A stretch of DNA of 64,000 nucleotides, from NCBI RefSeq assembly GCF_963666255.2, contig NZ_CAXXPH010000001.1, positions 664,551 to 728,550 of the forward strand, in the 5' to 3' direction. This DNA is from an uncultured Propionivibrio sp. (GTDB lineage Bacteria; Pseudomonadota; Gammaproteobacteria; Burkholderiales; Rhodocyclaceae). A program made the position numbers and the translations under genes. Of the stretch, positions 32,725 to 44,720 are shown one piece after another (within the stretch, counting starts at the first letter, position 1; each line of letters starts with the position of its first letter). The notes beneath the pieces were generated by a model. The model did not search any database. It was not told the origin of the DNA and worked only from the letters and a program-made list of their open reading frames with translations.

Positions 32725-35054
32725 GCACGCTCCACGTTGATCATTCCGAACATATCGCCGAGCGCCGCCGTTGTACCGTGGCCGGCGGCCACGCGCACAC
32801 AACCGGCCGGCACCGTTTCATCGACGGCCAGCACCAGGACGGCATCGCCCTGCCCTTGTCTAACCCGGACCGACGCGCCGGCGGAAAGCCCCAGCGTCGC
32901 CGCCGTGGCGCCGTTCATCCGCGCGGCAGGCAGCGCCGCATCGCGCGTCTTCTGCAGCGCCGTAGCGCGACGCACGAGCGCATCGCTGAAATAAATCGGC
33001 ACCTCGGCAATCCGTTGCAAACCGTCGAAGCTGCCATCAACCGCCAAAGCCAGCGCACCCGTCAGGGCGTTATCGAGGCCGGTCACAAAGCTCGTTCCGA
33101 CCGGCAGCACCGCATCGCGTACCTCTTCGCTCGACGCGTAGTCGAAGCCGGGAAGGTCGAGCAGATTGCCGAGCACGCGGAGAATCTTCCAGCCCGGCCG
33201 CGTTTCGCCGAGGGGACGGCAAACGCCGTTGAAACTCTGGGCGCGGCCCTCGGTGCTGATAAACGTCCCCGACGTTTCGGTGAAGGGCGCCGTCGGCAGC
33301 AGCACATCTGCGTAATCGAGTGCCGCCACATGCTTGAACGGCGTCAGCATGACAACGAGATCGGCCTGCCTGAGCGCCGCAATCGCCTGCGCCGGATGGT
33401 GACAATCGCATTCGGGCTCGAGGCCGAAGAGCACATAGGCGCGGCGCGGCTGCGCGAACATCTCGTAGGCATTGAGGCCGGACGGCAGCGCCTGCGCGAC
33501 ATAACCGCCGACGCTGTTGGCCGCTTCGCCGATGAAGCCGACGCGGGCACCGGTCAGGCGTCCGAGTTCAGTCGCCAGCGCCTGCAGTTGCGCTGCATTG
33601 TCGAGTTGCTCGGCGACATTGCCGAGGAAAATCGCGGATTTCTTGCCATCAACGAAGCTTTGCGCGATCTTGCGCGCTGCCTCAGTCGGCTCGACTGATT
33701 CGAGACCTGCCGGCACCGGCTGAGACTTGATCTGCGCGGCCGCCTTGACGACGCCGGCAAGCGCCGCGGCGAGCTGGGCCGGCGCCACCGTCACCTGCGC
33801 GAACAGGCGCAGCAGCGGATCGTCCTTGGTCACCGACAGCAGGCTGACCTTGCCACGACGCCGGGCAAGCTGACGCAACCGTTGGGCGAAGAGCGGATGA
33901 TCCTTGCGCAGGAAACTGCCGACCACCAGCGCGGCGTCGAGCGATCCGATTTCGGCGAGTTTCATGCCCAACCAGGGAATGCCGGCGCGTTGCGCATCGG
34001 CGGAAAAATCGCGGCGACGCGGACGGAAATCGACGTTGCCCGAACCGATACCGTTCGTCAGCTTCTGCAACAGGAAGAGTTCTTCAAGCGTCGCATTCGG
34101 TGCTGCCAATGCGGCGACCGATGGCGCACCGTGCGTCCTGACGATGTCCTTGAGACCGTGCGCGACGTAATCCAGCGCAACGTTCCACTCGACCTCACGC
34201 AGCGCGCCATCGACACGCACCATCGGCTTCTGCAGTCGCTCGGCGGAATTCAGGCCCTCGTACGAGAAACGGTCGCGATCGGAAATCCAGCATTCGTTGA
34301 TCGCCTCGTTCTCGCGCGGCACGACACGCATGACGCGATGGCTCTTGACCTGCACATTCAGATTGGTGCCCAGGCTGTCGTGCGGGCTCACCGACTTGCG
34401 TTGCGCCAGTTCCCAGTTACGGGCGGTGTAGCGGAACGGCTTCGAGGTCAGCGCGCCGACCGGGCACAGGTCGATCACGTTGCCCGACAATTCCGAATCG
34501 ACGCTGCGACCGACGAAGGTCTGCACTTCCGAATGGAAGTTGCGGTTGGCCATGCCGAGTTCCATGACGCCGGCAATTTCCTCACCGAAACGGATACAGC
34601 GCGTGCAATGGATGCAGCGCGACATTTCCTGCATCGAGATGAGCGGTCCGACATCCTTCTGGAAGACGACGCGCTTTTCTTCGGAGAAGCGCGAGGACGA
34701 ACTGCCGTAACCGACTGCCAGATCCTGCAACTGGCACTCGCCCCCCTTGTCGCAGATCGGACAATCGAGCGGATGGTTGATCAGCAGGAATTCGAGCACG
34801 CCTTTCTGTGCGTCCAGCGTCGTTTCCGAATGCGTAAAGACTTTCATGCCGTCGAGGATCGGCGTGGCGCAGGCCGGGACGGCCTTCTTCGCCTTCGACA
34901 CTTCGACCAGGCACATCCGGCAGTTCGCCGCCAGCGACAGCTTCTTGTGGTAGCAGAAATGCGGAATATGGACCCCGGCAAGCGCGGCGGCCTCGATGAT
35001 CATCGACCCCTCGGGCGCCTGGACCTTCTTGCCGTCGATTTCAAGTTCAAGCAT
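32721..35054 (-). CDS. nuoG: NADH-quinone oxidoreductase subunit G
   Basis: [44 protein letters not shown]. Confidence 0.96.
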   Translation of the reverse strand: MLELEIDGKKVQAPEGSMIIEAAALAGVHIPHFCYHKKLSLAANCRMCLVEVSKAKKAVPACATPILDGMKVFTHSETTLDAQKGVLEFLLINHPLDCPICDKGGECQLQDLAVGYGSSSSRFSEEKRVVFQKDVGPLISMQEMSRCIHCTRCIRFGEEIAGVMELGMANRNFHSEVQTFVGRSVDSELSGNVIDLCPVGALTSKPFRYTARNWELAQRKSVSPHDSLGTNLNVQVKSHRVMRVVPRENEAINECWISDRDRFSYEGLNSAERLQKPMVRVDGALREVEWNVALDYVAHGLKDIVRTHGAPSVAALAAPNATLEELFLLQKLTNGIGSGNVDFRPRRRDFSADAQRAGIPWLGMKLAEIGSLDAALVVGSFLRKDHPLFAQRLRQLARRRGKVSLLSVTKDDPLLRLFAQVTVAPAQLAAALAGVVKAAAQIKSQPVPAGLESVEPTEAARKIAQSFVDGKKSAIFLGNVAEQLDNAAQLQALATELGRLTGARVGFIGEAANSVGGYVAQALPSGLNAYEMFAQPRRAYVLFGLEPECDCHHPAQAIAALRQADLVVMLTPFKHVAALDYADVLLPTAPFTETSGTFISTEGRAQSFNGVCRPLGETRPGWKILRVLGNLLDLPGFDYASSEEVRDAVLPVGTSFVTGLDNALTGALALAVDGSFDGLQRIAEVPIYFSDALVRRATALQKTRDAALPAARMNGATAATLGLSAGASVRVRQGQGDAVLVLAVDETVPAGCVRVAAGHGTTAALGDMFGMINVERA

Positions 35055-35063
35055 GTCGTTACC

Positions 35064-36398
35064 CTAAACCGTAGCTTTGAAGAAGCCGCTGCCGGCACGC
35101 TGAACATCCAGCGGAACCAGGCACTGCTTGTGTTCGATGTGATAGACGAATTCGTCGCGGAACTGCTTGATGAAGCTTTCGACCGGCGCCGCCGCAGCGT
35201 CGCCGAGCGCGCAGATCGTGTTGCCCGAGATGCGCGAAGCGATGCTGTCGAGCACTTCGATATCCTCCATCCGCCCCTGACCGTGCTCGATGCGGTGGAT
35301 GATCTGGTACATCCAGTGCGTCCCTTCACGGCACGGCGTGCATTGGCCGCAGGATTCCTCGAAGAAGAAGTACGCGATCCGTTCGAGCGCCTTCACCATG
35401 CAGGTCGTCTCGTCCATGATGATGACGGCGCCGGAACCGAAAGACGAGCCGGCCTTGCTGATACCGTCGAAGTCCATCGTCGTTTCCATCATGCGCGAGC
35501 CAGGGACCACCGGACAGGAGACGCCGCCGGGGATGCAGGCTTTGAGCTGACGTCCGCCGCGCATGCCGCCGGCCAGTTCGAGCAGCTTCGGGAACGGCGT
35601 GCCGAGCGGCACTTCGTAGTTGCCGGGCCGATTGACATGGCCCGACACCGAGAAGATCTTGGTGCCGCCGTTGTTGACGGTACCCATGTCCAGATACGCC
35701 TCAGCGCCCATCTTGAGGATGAACGGGATCGACGCATACGACTCGGTGTTGTTGACGTTCGTCGGCGCACCGTAGAGACCGTTGCTGGCCGTGTAAGGCG
35801 GCTTGTAGCGGGGACGCCCGGCCTTGCCCTCGATCGACTCGATCAGCGCCGTTTCCTCGCCGCAAACGTAGGCGCCGAAACCGTGATGCGCCTGAATTTC
35901 CATGCAGAAATTCGAGCCGGCGATGTTGTCGCCGAGCAGGCCGGCAGCACGTGCTTCGCCGAGCGCTTCTTCAAAGCGCTTGTAGATCTCGTAGATTTCG
36001 CCGTGGATGTAGTTGTAGCCGCGCGTCGCGCCCATCAGGTAGCCGCCGATCAGCATGCCTTCGATGACCGCGTGCGGATTGAAGCGCAGGATGTCGCGGT
36101 CCTTGAAGGTGCCCGGCTCGCCTTCGTCGGAGTTGCAGACGATGTACTTCTGGCCGCCGCGGAACGCCGGCATGAAGCCCCACTTCAGCCCCGTCGGAAA
36201 ACCGGCACCGCCGCGCCCGCGCAGGCCTGAGCGCTTGATGACACTGATGTATTTGTCGCGCCCCGTATCGCTCTTGAGAAGTTCCTTGAGCACGGCGTAA
36301 CCGCCGCGTGCCAGGTAACCTTCGAGCCGCCACGAGGTATCGCTGTCGAAATCGATGCCGGCCATCAGCATCGGATTGATGGTGCCGAGGATTGCCAT
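35064..36398 (-). CDS. nuoF: NADH-quinone oxidoreductase subunit F
   Basis: [55 protein letters not shown]. Confidence 0.96.
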   Translation of the reverse strand: MAILGTINPMLMAGIDFDSDTSWRLEGYLARGGYAVLKELLKSDTGRDKYISVIKRSGLRGRGGAGFPTGLKWGFMPAFRGGQKYIVCNSDEGEPGTFKDRDILRFNPHAVIEGMLIGGYLMGATRGYNYIHGEIYEIYKRFEEALGEARAAGLLGDNIAGSNFCMEIQAHHGFGAYVCGEETALIESIEGKAGRPRYKPPYTASNGLYGAPTNVNNTESYASIPFILKMGAEAYLDMGTVNNGGTKIFSVSGHVNRPGNYEVPLGTPFPKLLELAGGMRGGRQLKACIPGGVSCPVVPGSRMMETTMDFDGISKAGSSFGSGAVIIMDETTCMVKALERIAYFFFEESCGQCTPCREGTHWMYQIIHRIEHGQGRMEDIEVLDSIASRISGNTICALGDAAAAPVESFIKQFRDEFVYHIEHKQCLVPLDVQRAGSGFFKATV

Positions 36399-36871
36399 TA
36401 TTCGAGCTCCGCCAGCAATTTGTCGATTTCTTCCGGCAGCATCGAACCGCACATGCGCCGCGCGTTCACGAGCATCACCGGCGCATCGCCGCAGGCACCC
36501 ATGCACTCGCCCTGCTTGAGCGTGAACTTGCCGTCCGGCGTCGTTTCGTCGAAGCCGATGCCGAGTTTCTGCTTGAGATACTCGGCCGCATCGACCCCGC
36601 CGGAGAGCATGCACGGCAGGTTCGTACACACCGTCAGCTTGTACTTTCCGACCGGCTTGAGGTTGTACATGTTGTAGAAACTGGCGACCTCGTAGGCCGC
36701 CATCGGCGTCATGCCAAGATAATTGGCGACGAACTCGATCGTTTCATTCGACAACCAGCCCTTTTCGTCCTGGGCAATCGCCAGCGCAGCAACGGCGGCC
36801 GACTGCTTGCGCTCGGGCGGGTACTTGGTGATCTCGCGATCGATTTTCTGTAAGGATTCTTGAGTCAGCAT
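36398..36871 (-). CDS. nuoE: NADH-quinone oxidoreductase subunit E
   Basis: [25 protein letters not shown]. Confidence 0.95.
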   Translation of the reverse strand: MLTQESLQKIDREITKYPPERKQSAAVAALAIAQDEKGWLSNETIEFVANYLGMTPMAAYEVASFYNMYNLKPVGKYKLTVCTNLPCMLSGGVDAAEYLKQKLGIGFDETTPDGKFTLKQGECMGACGDAPVMLVNARRMCGSMLPEEIDKLLAELE

Positions 36872-38133
36872 CAGCGGTCAATCTCGCCAAAAACGATGTC
36901 AATCGTACCAACCATGGTGACCACGTCGGCAATCATGTGCCCACGCACCAGTTCATCCATCGCCGACAGGTGCACGTAGCCCGGCGAACGGATCTTCAAA
37001 CGATACGGCTTGTTGGCGCCGTCCGAAATTACATAGATGCCGAACTCGCCCTTGGGGTGCTCGATGGGCGAATAGACCTGCCCTTCCGGCACGTGGATCC
37101 CTTCGGAACAGAGCTTGAAGTGATGGATCAGCTCTTCCATGCTGCTCTTCATCAAGGCCCGCGACGGCGGCGCGACCTTGTGGTTGTCACAGATCACCGG
37201 TCCCGGATTGACACGCAGCCAGTCGATGCACTGCCGGATGATCCGCGCCGACTGCCGCATTTCATTGACGCGCACCAGATAGCGGTCGTAGCAATCGCCG
37301 GTCACGCCGACCGGAATGTCGAAATCGAGCTTGTCATAGACCGCGTAGGGCTGCTTCTTGCGCACGTCCCAGGCGATACCCGAACCGCGCAGCATGGCGC
37401 CGGAACACCCGAGTTGCAACGCACGCTCGGGCGACAGGACGCCGACATTGACAAGCCGCTGCTTCCAGATGCGGTTGTCGGTCAGCAACGTCTCGTAGTC
37501 GTCGACGATCTTCGGGAAGCGCGTGATGAAATCGTCAAGAAAATCGAGTAGCGAACCGCTGCGAACCTCGTTGAGCTGCTTGACCTTGGCCGCGCTCTTC
37601 CACTTCGATTCCTTGTACTGCGGCATCGTGTCCGGCAGGTCGCGATAGACACCACCCGGCCGATAGTACGCCGCATGCCAACGCGTGCCGGACACCGCTT
37701 CGTAGCAGTCGACCAGATCCTCGCGCTCGCGCATGGCATAAAGCATCATCGTCATCGCGCCGACGTCGAGACCGTGCGAACCGATCCAGAGCAGGTGGTT
37801 GAGGATGCGGGTGATCTCGTCGAACATGACGCGGATGTACTGGGCGCGAACCGGCACCTCGATACCCAGCATCTTCTCGATTGCCAGGCAGTAGGCGTGC
37901 TCGCTGCACATCATCGACATGTAGTCGAGACGGTCCATGAACGGCAGGTTCTGGATCCAGGTCTTGTTCTCGGCGAGTTTTTCGGTCGCGCGATGCAGGA
38001 AACCGATATGCGGATCGGCGCGCTGGACGACTTCGCCGTCGAGCTCAAGCACCATCCGCAATACGCCGTGCGCGGCCGGGTGCTGCGGTCCGAAGTTGAT
38101 CGTGTAATTCTGGATATCAGGCATTTTCGACAT
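36871..38133 (-). CDS. nuoD: NADH-quinone oxidoreductase subunit D
   Basis: [36 protein letters not shown]. Start may be 38124. Confidence 0.96.
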   Translation of the reverse strand: MSKMPDIQNYTINFGPQHPAAHGVLRMVLELDGEVVQRADPHIGFLHRATEKLAENKTWIQNLPFMDRLDYMSMMCSEHAYCLAIEKMLGIEVPVRAQYIRVMFDEITRILNHLLWIGSHGLDVGAMTMMLYAMREREDLVDCYEAVSGTRWHAAYYRPGGVYRDLPDTMPQYKESKWKSAAKVKQLNEVRSGSLLDFLDDFITRFPKIVDDYETLLTDNRIWKQRLVNVGVLSPERALQLGCSGAMLRGSGIAWDVRKKQPYAVYDKLDFDIPVGVTGDCYDRYLVRVNEMRQSARIIRQCIDWLRVNPGPVICDNHKVAPPSRALMKSSMEELIHHFKLCSEGIHVPEGQVYSPIEHPKGEFGIYVISDGANKPYRLKIRSPGYVHLSAMDELVRGHMIADVVTMVGTIDIVFGEIDR

Positions 38134-38731
38134 TCCCGTAATTCGCGGGGCGGACGATGCGCGGCGTGATTTCGCGCATCTCGATCGACACCGGCTCGTA
38201 AATCACGCGCTTCTGCGCGTCGTCGTAACGCATTTCGACATACCCCGTCGTCGGGAAATCCTTGCGGAACGGATGACCGACAAAACCGTAGTCGGTCAGG
38301 ATACGGCGCAGGTCCGGATGCCCGGGGAAGACGATGCCATACAGGTCGAAAGCCTCGCGCTCGAACCAGTTCACCGAATTCCAGATCGACACCACCGACG
38401 GGATCGACGGGAAGTCGTCATCGACGGCAAAACAGCGCACTCGAACGCGCCAATTATGCATCACCGACAACAGGTGGCTGACCGCGGCAAAGCGCTTGCC
38501 GACGGCCGGGCCTTCAGGCGTGTCGCCGTAGGTCGAATAATCGACACCGCACAGATCCATCAGCTGCGCGAAGCCCAACTCGGGGATATCTCGCAGCAGT
38601 TGCATGGCTTCCGGGTAATTCACCACATCGACATCGACAGTGATCTCGTCCAATGCAATTTGCATTGCCGCGATCCGATGACCGAGATGCTGCGTCAGGT
38701 TCTGGCGAAGCGTTTCCAGCTTGGCGGACAT
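38117..38731 (-). CDS. nuoC: NADH-quinone oxidoreductase subunit C
   Basis: [36 protein letters not shown]. Confidence 0.96.
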   Translation of the reverse strand: MSAKLETLRQNLTQHLGHRIAAMQIALDEITVDVDVVNYPEAMQLLRDIPELGFAQLMDLCGVDYSTYGDTPEGPAVGKRFAAVSHLLSVMHNWRVRVRCFAVDDDFPSIPSVVSIWNSVNWFEREAFDLYGIVFPGHPDLRRILTDYGFVGHPFRKDFPTTGYVEMRYDDAQKRVIYEPVSIEMREITPRIVRPANYGNVENA

Positions 38732-38749
38732 GGGTAGAACTCCGGACTA

Positions 38750-39232
38750 TCAGGGTTTGCGGGCGATGGTGCTGGTGCGGTTGATCTTGCCTTGCAACTG
38801 GAGCAGGCCGTAGATCAGCGCTTCCGAGGTCGGCGGACAGCCCGGCACGTAGATATCCACGGGCACGATGCGATCACAGCCGCGCACGACCGAATACGAA
38901 TAGTGGTAATAACCGCCGCCATTGGCGCAGGACCCCATCGAGATCACCCAGCGCGGCTCGGCCATCTGGTCATACACCTTGCGCAACGCCGGCGCCATCT
39001 TGTTGGTCAGCGTGCCGGCCACGATCATGACATCCGACTGACGCGGGCTTGGCCGGAAAACGATGCCGAAGCGGTCAAGGTCGTAGCGCGAGCAGCCGGT
39101 ATGGATCATCTCGATGGCGCAACAGGCGAGACCGAAGGTCATCGGCCACATCGATCCGGTGCGCATGTAATTGATCAGCTTGTCAGCCGTCGTGGTGACG
39201 AAGCCTTCCTGCAGAATCCCTTCAATACCCAT
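38750..39232 (-). CDS. nuoB: NADH-quinone oxidoreductase subunit B
   Basis: [34 protein letters not shown]. Confidence 0.96.
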   Translation of the reverse strand: MGIEGILQEGFVTTTADKLINYMRTGSMWPMTFGLACCAIEMIHTGCSRYDLDRFGIVFRPSPRQSDVMIVAGTLTNKMAPALRKVYDQMAEPRWVISMGSCANGGGYYHYSYSVVRGCDRIVPVDIYVPGCPPTSEALIYGLLQLQGKINRTSTIARKP

Positions 39233-39235
39233 TGC

Positions 39236-39610
39236 TTACTCCCAGTCCAGCGCGCCCTTGATCCAGGCGTAGGCGTAACCGACAACCAGGATGGCAAGGA
39301 AAACCAGCATTTCGATGAAGCCGAACCAACGAACCGATTCGGTTCCGACGATTTCCTTGAAAATCGTCGCCCACGGGACCAGGAACGCCACTTCGAGATC
39401 GAAAAGGATGAAGAGGATCGCGATCAGGTAATAGCGCACATCGAACTTCATGCGCGCGTCCTCGAACGCCTCGAAGCCGCACTCGTAGGGCGACAGCTTT
39501 TCATCGTCCGGCCGGTGTGGAGCCACGACCATCCCGGTGATGACCGGCGCTATACCAAAAACAAGTCCAATCAGGACAAAGACGAGTACCGGGAAATAAT
39601 TTTCCAGCAT
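39236..39610 (-). CDS. nuoA: NADH-quinone oxidoreductase subunit A
   Basis: [34 protein letters not shown]. Confidence 0.95.
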   Translation of the reverse strand: MLENYFPVLVFVLIGLVFGIAPVITGMVVAPHRPDDEKLSPYECGFEAFEDARMKFDVRYYLIAILFILFDLEVAFLVPWATIFKEIVGTESVRWFGFIEMLVFLAILVVGYAYAWIKGALDWE

Positions 39611-39795
39611 GATCCGCCGCGCAGTTGATGGTTCAAGGGAGGGAACTGCTTGCCCAAACCAAGGACTCGCCGCTCCCACTTGGTGCCGAAGGTGAACAAG
39701 GGATTCCCGCTTGAATCCAGGATTCCCGCGCATATTCGCGGAAAGCTGCGGGAATCGACACGCACACTGGCCGGCACCACCAAATCAGGTGCGGC

Positions 39796-39804
39796 ATTCT
39801 ACCA
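39796..39804 (-). promoter_or_regulatory. Putative extended -10 promoter (TGgTAGAAT, GC-rich discriminator GCCGC) for the nuo operon
   Basis: Minus strand reads TGGTAGAATGCCGCACC, about 185 nt upstream of nuoA. Confidence 0.55.
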
Positions 39805-40017
39805 TGTGGTTTACCGAAACAGGAACTACTCTAAAGGGGAAATTGCCACCAAAACCAGGCAATCCCGCGTTCCGCGAAGGGTTGCCAAAATATTCCAACG
39901 GCACAGAGACGAAGAAACGCGACGCCCGGAAACGAGCCAGAAAACACTGGATTCACGCTGGATTTTAAAACTCGGACTACGCGCTATTGTCTGTTCTTTT
40001 GCGCAATCGAGATGTTC

Positions 40018-40102
40018 TGGTGCCGACGATGAGACTCGAACTCATACGACCGAAGTCACTACCCCCTCAAGATAGCGTGTCTACCAATTTCACCACGTCG
40101 GC
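40018..40102 (-). tRNA. leuU: tRNA-Leu(GAG)
   Basis: GCCGACG/CGTCGGC acceptor stem, ACCA end, D-loop TGGTAGA, anticodon arm CTATC-TTGAGGG-GGTAG, variable arm, GTTCGAG T-loop. 85 nt, downstream of secG. Confidence 0.96.
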
Positions 40103-40163
40103 ACTGCGTACAACCCGGTCGGACGGCTGATCTCTGAGGGGACCGCCCAACCTTTACAACAAA

Positions 40164-40532
40164 CTACTTGGGAATTTCCTTCGTCTTCGAACCGGCATCC
40201 GCGGGCGCATTGCTTTGCTCAGCGCCACCTGCAGGCATCGAAGAAGGCCGCGATTGTACAGCATCCTGCATCACACTGCCAGTACTTTTTGGCTTATTCG
40301 AAGCAATAAATGCCAAGGACAGGCTGGTGATGAAAAACACCACGGCCAATGCCGCCGTCGTACGGCTCAGGAAGTTCGCCGAACCGGCTGAACCAAAGAG
40401 GCTACCCGACGCGCCGCTACCAAAAGCGGCACCCATGTCGGCACCCTTGCCATGCTGAACGAGTACCAAACCGACAATACCGACAGCCGCCAGGACATGC
40501 ACGACCAAAATCAACGAAAAGAAGTATTCCAT
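40164..40532 (-). CDS. secG: Preprotein translocase subunit SecG
   Basis: LVLVQHGKGADMGAAFGSGASGSLFGS.GS.NFLSRTT. Confidence 0.95.
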   Translation of the reverse strand: MEYFFSLILVVHVLAAVGIVGLVLVQHGKGADMGAAFGSGASGSLFGSAGSANFLSRTTAALAVVFFITSLSLAFIASNKPKSTGSVMQDAVQSRPSSMPAGGAEQSNAPADAGSKTKEIPK

Positions 40533-40545
40533 AAACCCCGACTCT

Positions 40546-41301
40546 TTACTTCGCCGCAGCGCGGCAAATGGCGAGAAAATCCGCCGCTACCAAGGAGGCA
40601 CCGCCGATCAAGCCGCCATCGATATCCGGCATGCCGAAAAGCTCAGCCGCATTCGACGGCTTGACGCTGCCGCCATACAAAATCTGCAGGTTTACCGCCA
40701 CGGCCGCATCGCCGCGCGCCACCTGCGCCCGAATCGCGGCATGCACTTCCTGCGCCTGCTCGCTCGTTGCCGTACGACCGGTACCGATCGCCCAGACCGG
40801 TTCGTAGGCGACGACCGCCTTGGAAAACGCCGCCACGCCGGCACGATCGATCACTGCCGCCATCTGCGCCGCGACCACTTCGGCCGTCTTGCCCGACTCA
40901 CGCTCGGCCAGCGTCTCGCCGACGCACAGCACCGGCGTCAGACCCGCCGCCAGTGCCACCGCGAATTTCTCGGCCACCAGCGCATCGCTCTCGCCGTAAA
41001 TCGCACGACGCTCGGAATGCCCGACCAGCACGTAACGGCAGGCAAAATCATTCAGCATCGAGGCGCTGACTTCGCCGGTGTAGGCACCGCTTGCTTTGTC
41101 GCTGAGGTTTTGCGCACCCCAGGCCACCGCACCTCCAGCCAAGGCAGATTGCGCCTGCGCCAGATACGGGAACGGAACGCAAACAGCGACGGCAACATCA
41201 CGCAGCCCAGCAACTCCGGAAACCACTTCTTGAAGAAGCTGCGAATTGACGCTCAACCCGCCGTTCATCTTCCAGTTACCAGCAACCAGCTTCTGACGCA
41301 T
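40546..41301 (-). CDS. tpiA: Triosephosphate isomerase
   Basis: [35 protein letters not shown]. Confidence 0.97.
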   Translation of the reverse strand: MRQKLVAGNWKMNGGLSVNSQLLQEVVSGVAGLRDVAVAVCVPFPYLAQAQSALAGGAVAWGAQNLSDKASGAYTGEVSASMLNDFACRYVLVGHSERRAIYGESDALVAEKFAVALAAGLTPVLCVGETLAERESGKTAEVVAAQMAAVIDRAGVAAFSKAVVAYEPVWAIGTGRTATSEQAQEVHAAIRAQVARGDAAVAVNLQILYGGSVKPSNAAELFGMPDIDGGLIGGASLVAADFLAICRAAAK

Positions 41302-41388
41302 GGTTCACCTGCCGAAAAAAAAACGCATTATACCGATGCCCCGCAAATACGGTCAATCGCAGCCGCCACGATCAGGACATCGGCGCCA

Positions 41389-42759
41389 TCAGCTCTCGCC
41401 GACCGCGTCGCGCACCGCGCCAGCCAGCGTTTCGGCGGCATCACGAACCCTCACCGCATCACGGCCTTCGACCATGACGCGCAGCAAGGGCTCGGTGCCT
41501 GACGCACGCAGGAGCACACGGCCTTCACCGGCAAGGCTTTCCTCGACGGCCACCCGCGCCGCCGCGATCGTCGGATTGTCCTTCCAGACAAAGCCCTTGG
41601 CCAGCGGCACGTTGATCAGAACCTGCGGATACAAGCACAGACGGCCGACCAGTGTCGCGAGCGTGCCGCCCTCCTCGCGCAGTGCCGCGAGCACCTGCAG
41701 CGCCGAGACGATGCCGTCACCGGTCGTATGCCGATCGAGACACAGGATGTGACCGGAATTCTCGCCGCCGAACAGCCAGCCTTTTTCCTTGAGAACTTCC
41801 ATGACATAGCGATCGCCGACATTGGCGCGCACGAACGGGATTTTCATTTCACCCAAGGCATGCTCGAAGGCCAGATTGGTCATCAGCGTGCCGACCACAC
41901 CGGCGACCGGCCCCTTGCGCGCACGGCCCCGCACGATGGCGAGCAGGAGTTGATCGCCATCGTAGGCTGAACCGTCCGGACCGACCATCATCAATCGGTC
42001 GGCATCGCCATCGAGCGCCACGCCGAAATCCGCCTGGCGCGCCAGCACTGCATCGCTCAGCGCGCGCAGCGAAGTCGCACCGACATCCTGGTTGATGTTG
42101 AGACCGTTCGGATCGGCACCGATGGTACTTACCTCGGCGCCCAATTCGTGGAACACGTGCGGCGCGATATGATAGGCCGCGCCATGGGCGCAATCGACGA
42201 CGATCTTGAGGCCGCGCAGATCGAATTCGTTGGGGAAGGTGCTCTTGCAGAATTCGATATAGCGCCCGGCCGCATCGGCGATCCGCCTCGCCCGCCCGAG
42301 TTCGCTCGACGGAACGCAGCCCATCGGCGCGTCGATCCCGGCCTCGATCTGCGCTTCCAGCGCATCATCGAGTTTCGTGCCCTGCGCCGAGAAGAATTTG
42401 ATCCCGTTGTCGTAATACGGGTTATGCGAGGCGGAAATCACGATCCCGGCCTGCAGGCGCAGTGCACGGGTGAGATAGGCGACCGCCGGCGTCGGCATCG
42501 GACCGACCAGGCAGACATCGACACCGGCCGCCGAAAGACCCGACTCGAGTGCCGCCTCCAGCATGTAGCCCGAAATCCGCGTGTCTTTGCCGATCAGCAC
42601 CGCTGGCCGCTCTCCGGCCTTGAGATGGCCGCGCGACGAGGCCTCGGCAAGCAGAACCTTGCCAGCGGAATAACCAAGACGCATGACGAAATCGGGGGTG
42701 ATCGGCGTCTGACCGACCCGGCCGCGCACGCCATCCGTACCGAAATATTTTCTGCCCAT
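41389..42759 (-). CDS. glmM: Phosphoglucosamine mutase
   Basis: [38 protein letters not shown]. Confidence 0.96.
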   Translation of the reverse strand: MGRKYFGTDGVRGRVGQTPITPDFVMRLGYSAGKVLLAEASSRGHLKAGERPAVLIGKDTRISGYMLEAALESGLSAAGVDVCLVGPMPTPAVAYLTRALRLQAGIVISASHNPYYDNGIKFFSAQGTKLDDALEAQIEAGIDAPMGCVPSSELGRARRIADAAGRYIEFCKSTFPNEFDLRGLKIVVDCAHGAAYHIAPHVFHELGAEVSTIGADPNGLNINQDVGATSLRALSDAVLARQADFGVALDGDADRLMMVGPDGSAYDGDQLLLAIVRGRARKGPVAGVVGTLMTNLAFEHALGEMKIPFVRANVGDRYVMEVLKEKGWLFGGENSGHILCLDRHTTGDGIVSALQVLAALREEGGTLATLVGRLCLYPQVLINVPLAKGFVWKDNPTIAAARVAVEESLAGEGRVLLRASGTEPLLRVMVEGRDAVRVRDAAETLAGAVRDAVGES

Positions 42760-42860
42760 CGTTGATTCTCCTACCCGAAACGGCTTTCCGAAAAGCCTGT
42801 CATTGTACTGAAACCTGCGCCCCCTAGAGTAACACTCTGGACAACAGGGGAGATTCCGCC

Positions 42861-44720
42861 ATGCCAGCCACGCTGATCCGTTGCGATCGCGCACCGTTAT
42901 TTCTCGTCGACGCGATTCGCCCGGCCAACTATGACAGCAACGAAGAACTGCTTGAGGACATTCTCGAACGCCGCCGCCTGACCGCCGTATTCCAGCCGAT
43001 CATTGATTTCGGCAACCACGCGTATATCGCCTTCGAAGGCCTCATCCGCGGACCGTCCGACACGCCCCTGCATACGCCAAAGGCATTATTCGAAACGGCC
43101 GAGCGCCTTGGCCGTCGACGCCAGCTGGAACAGGCCTGCCGCGAAACGATTTTCCGCGCCTTCGCACAATTGCAATTGCCGGGACTGCTCTTCATCAATT
43201 CGAGCCCCGACTGCCTCGACGACGATCTTCTGCTCGACGGCAGCAGCACCGACTTGCTCCACCAGATCGGCATCCGCCCCGACCGTGTCGTCATCGAACT
43301 GACCGAAAACCAGCGCATCACCGACTACCCCGACATCCATCAGACGCTGGCGCACTACCGCCGTCTCGGCTACCGCATCGCCATCGACGACCTCGGCGAA
43401 GGCTTCGCCAATCTGCGCATGTGGTCGGAAATACGGCCGGATTTCGTCAAGATCGACCGTCATTTCATCAACGGCATCGCCGAAGACACGCTCAAGCACC
43501 GCTTCGTCCAAGCCATGCAGAACCTGGCCGAAAGCTGCTCGGCGCAAATCATCGCCGAAGGCATCGAGCGGGAGGCGGATTGCCTGACCGTGCGCGACCT
43601 CGGCATTTCGCTGGGCCAGGGCTACCTGATCGCCGTACCGACCAGCATGCCGCGCGCCCTGCCAAGCGAAAAGATCATCAGCATCGTCAAGCAGCGACGC
43701 ATCGCCGTCTTTCCCGCCGCGCTCGGACCGACCAGCAACGTCACGGTGCGCAGCCTGATCCGTCCGGTCACGCCGATCACACCCGACACCGGCAATGACG
43801 ACGTCTTCCGTCGCTTTGACACCGACCCTGAATTGATTTCGATGCCAGTGGTGGCGGATGGCACGCCGCTCGGCCTCATCAACCGGCACGAACTGATCGA
43901 CCGCCTGTCGCGCCCCTACCGCCGCGAACTGTTCGGCCGCAAATCCTGCGCCCAGTTCATGGATCCGATGCCACTGTGCATCGACGAAGACGCACCGATC
44001 CAGGATGCCGCCATGACCGTCAGCCGCTCCGCACGCCGCCACATTTATGATGGTTTCATCATTACGCGCAACGGTCGCTACGCCGGCATCGGCAGCGCGC
44101 ACGACCTGATGGGAATGATCACGCAAATGCAGATCCAGGCGGCGCGCTATGCCAATCCGCTGACCCAACTGCCCGGTAACGTGCCGATCAACGAGCACAT
44201 TGACCGGCTGCTGGCACGCAAGATTCCGTTCTGCGCCTGTTATGTCGATATCGACCACTTCAAGCCATTCAACGATGTCTATGGCTATCGGCGCGGCGAC
44301 GACGTCATCGGGCTGCTCGCGCAGACGCTGACCGGCATCACCCACCCGCTCGCCGACTTCTGCGGCCACATCGGCGGCGACGATTTCATGGTCCTGTTCC
44401 AGAGCGAGGACTGGGAGGCACGCTGCCTGCAGGCACTGACGCGCTTCGACCAGCACCTGGCGGCACAGGTGGACGCCGATTCGCTGACGCTTGTCGACGG
44501 CTGGCACGGCTATTACGCCGAGAACCGGCGCGGCGAGCGCGTCTTCTATCCGCTCCCGAGCGTGTCGATCGGCGCCGTGCCTGTGCTGGCCGACCGTTTC
44601 GAATCGCACCGCGAACTCTCCGCGGCCGCCTCTGAGGCGAAAAAACACGCCAAGAAAACGGCGGGCAGCAGCCTCTTCGTCGAACGCCGACAGCCCGCCG
44701 GGAACGTGCTCAAATCATAG
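42861..44720 (+). CDS. EAL-CBS-GGDEF c-di-GMP signalling protein
   Basis: EAL domain (FQPI, EGL.R, IELTE, DDLGEG, KIDR, AEGIE, QGY), CBS pair, C-terminal DIDHFK.FND.YG...GD with GHIGGDDF. Confidence 0.9.
   Translation: MPATLIRCDRAPLFLVDAIRPANYDSNEELLEDILERRRLTAVFQPIIDFGNHAYIAFEGLIRGPSDTPLHTPKALFETAERLGRRRQLEQACRETIFRAFAQLQLPGLLFINSSPDCLDDDLLLDGSSTDLLHQIGIRPDRVVIELTENQRITDYPDIHQTLAHYRRLGYRIAIDDLGEGFANLRMWSEIRPDFVKIDRHFINGIAEDTLKHRFVQAMQNLAESCSAQIIAEGIEREADCLTVRDLGISLGQGYLIAVPTSMPRALPSEKIISIVKQRRIAVFPAALGPTSNVTVRSLIRPVTPITPDTGNDDVFRRFDTDPELISMPVVADGTPLGLINRHELIDRLSRPYRRELFGRKSCAQFMDPMPLCIDEDAPIQDAAMTVSRSARRHIYDGFIITRNGRYAGIGSAHDLMGMITQMQIQAARYANPLTQLPGNVPINEHIDRLLARKIPFCACYVDIDHFKPFNDVYGYRRGDDVIGLLAQTLTGITHPLADFCGHIGGDDFMVLFQSEDWEARCLQALTRFDQHLAAQVDADSLTLVDGWHGYYAENRRGERVFYPLPSVSIGAVPVLADRFESHRELSAAASEAKKHAKKTAGSSLFVERRQPAGNVLKS

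Noticed and set aside
39681-39775. Second tRNA or tRNA-Sec (95 nt, CCA end)
   Set aside because: Only a 5-bp acceptor stem, with no T-loop (GTTC.A), D-arm or canonical anticodon arm. Kept only as a tRNA-like leader finding.
39681-40026. Integrated element bounded by a tRNA-Leu 3'-end repeat (TGGTGCCGA)
   Set aside because: The repeat is only 9 bp, the interval is 337 bp and there is no integrase. It is better explained as an arm of the leader stem.
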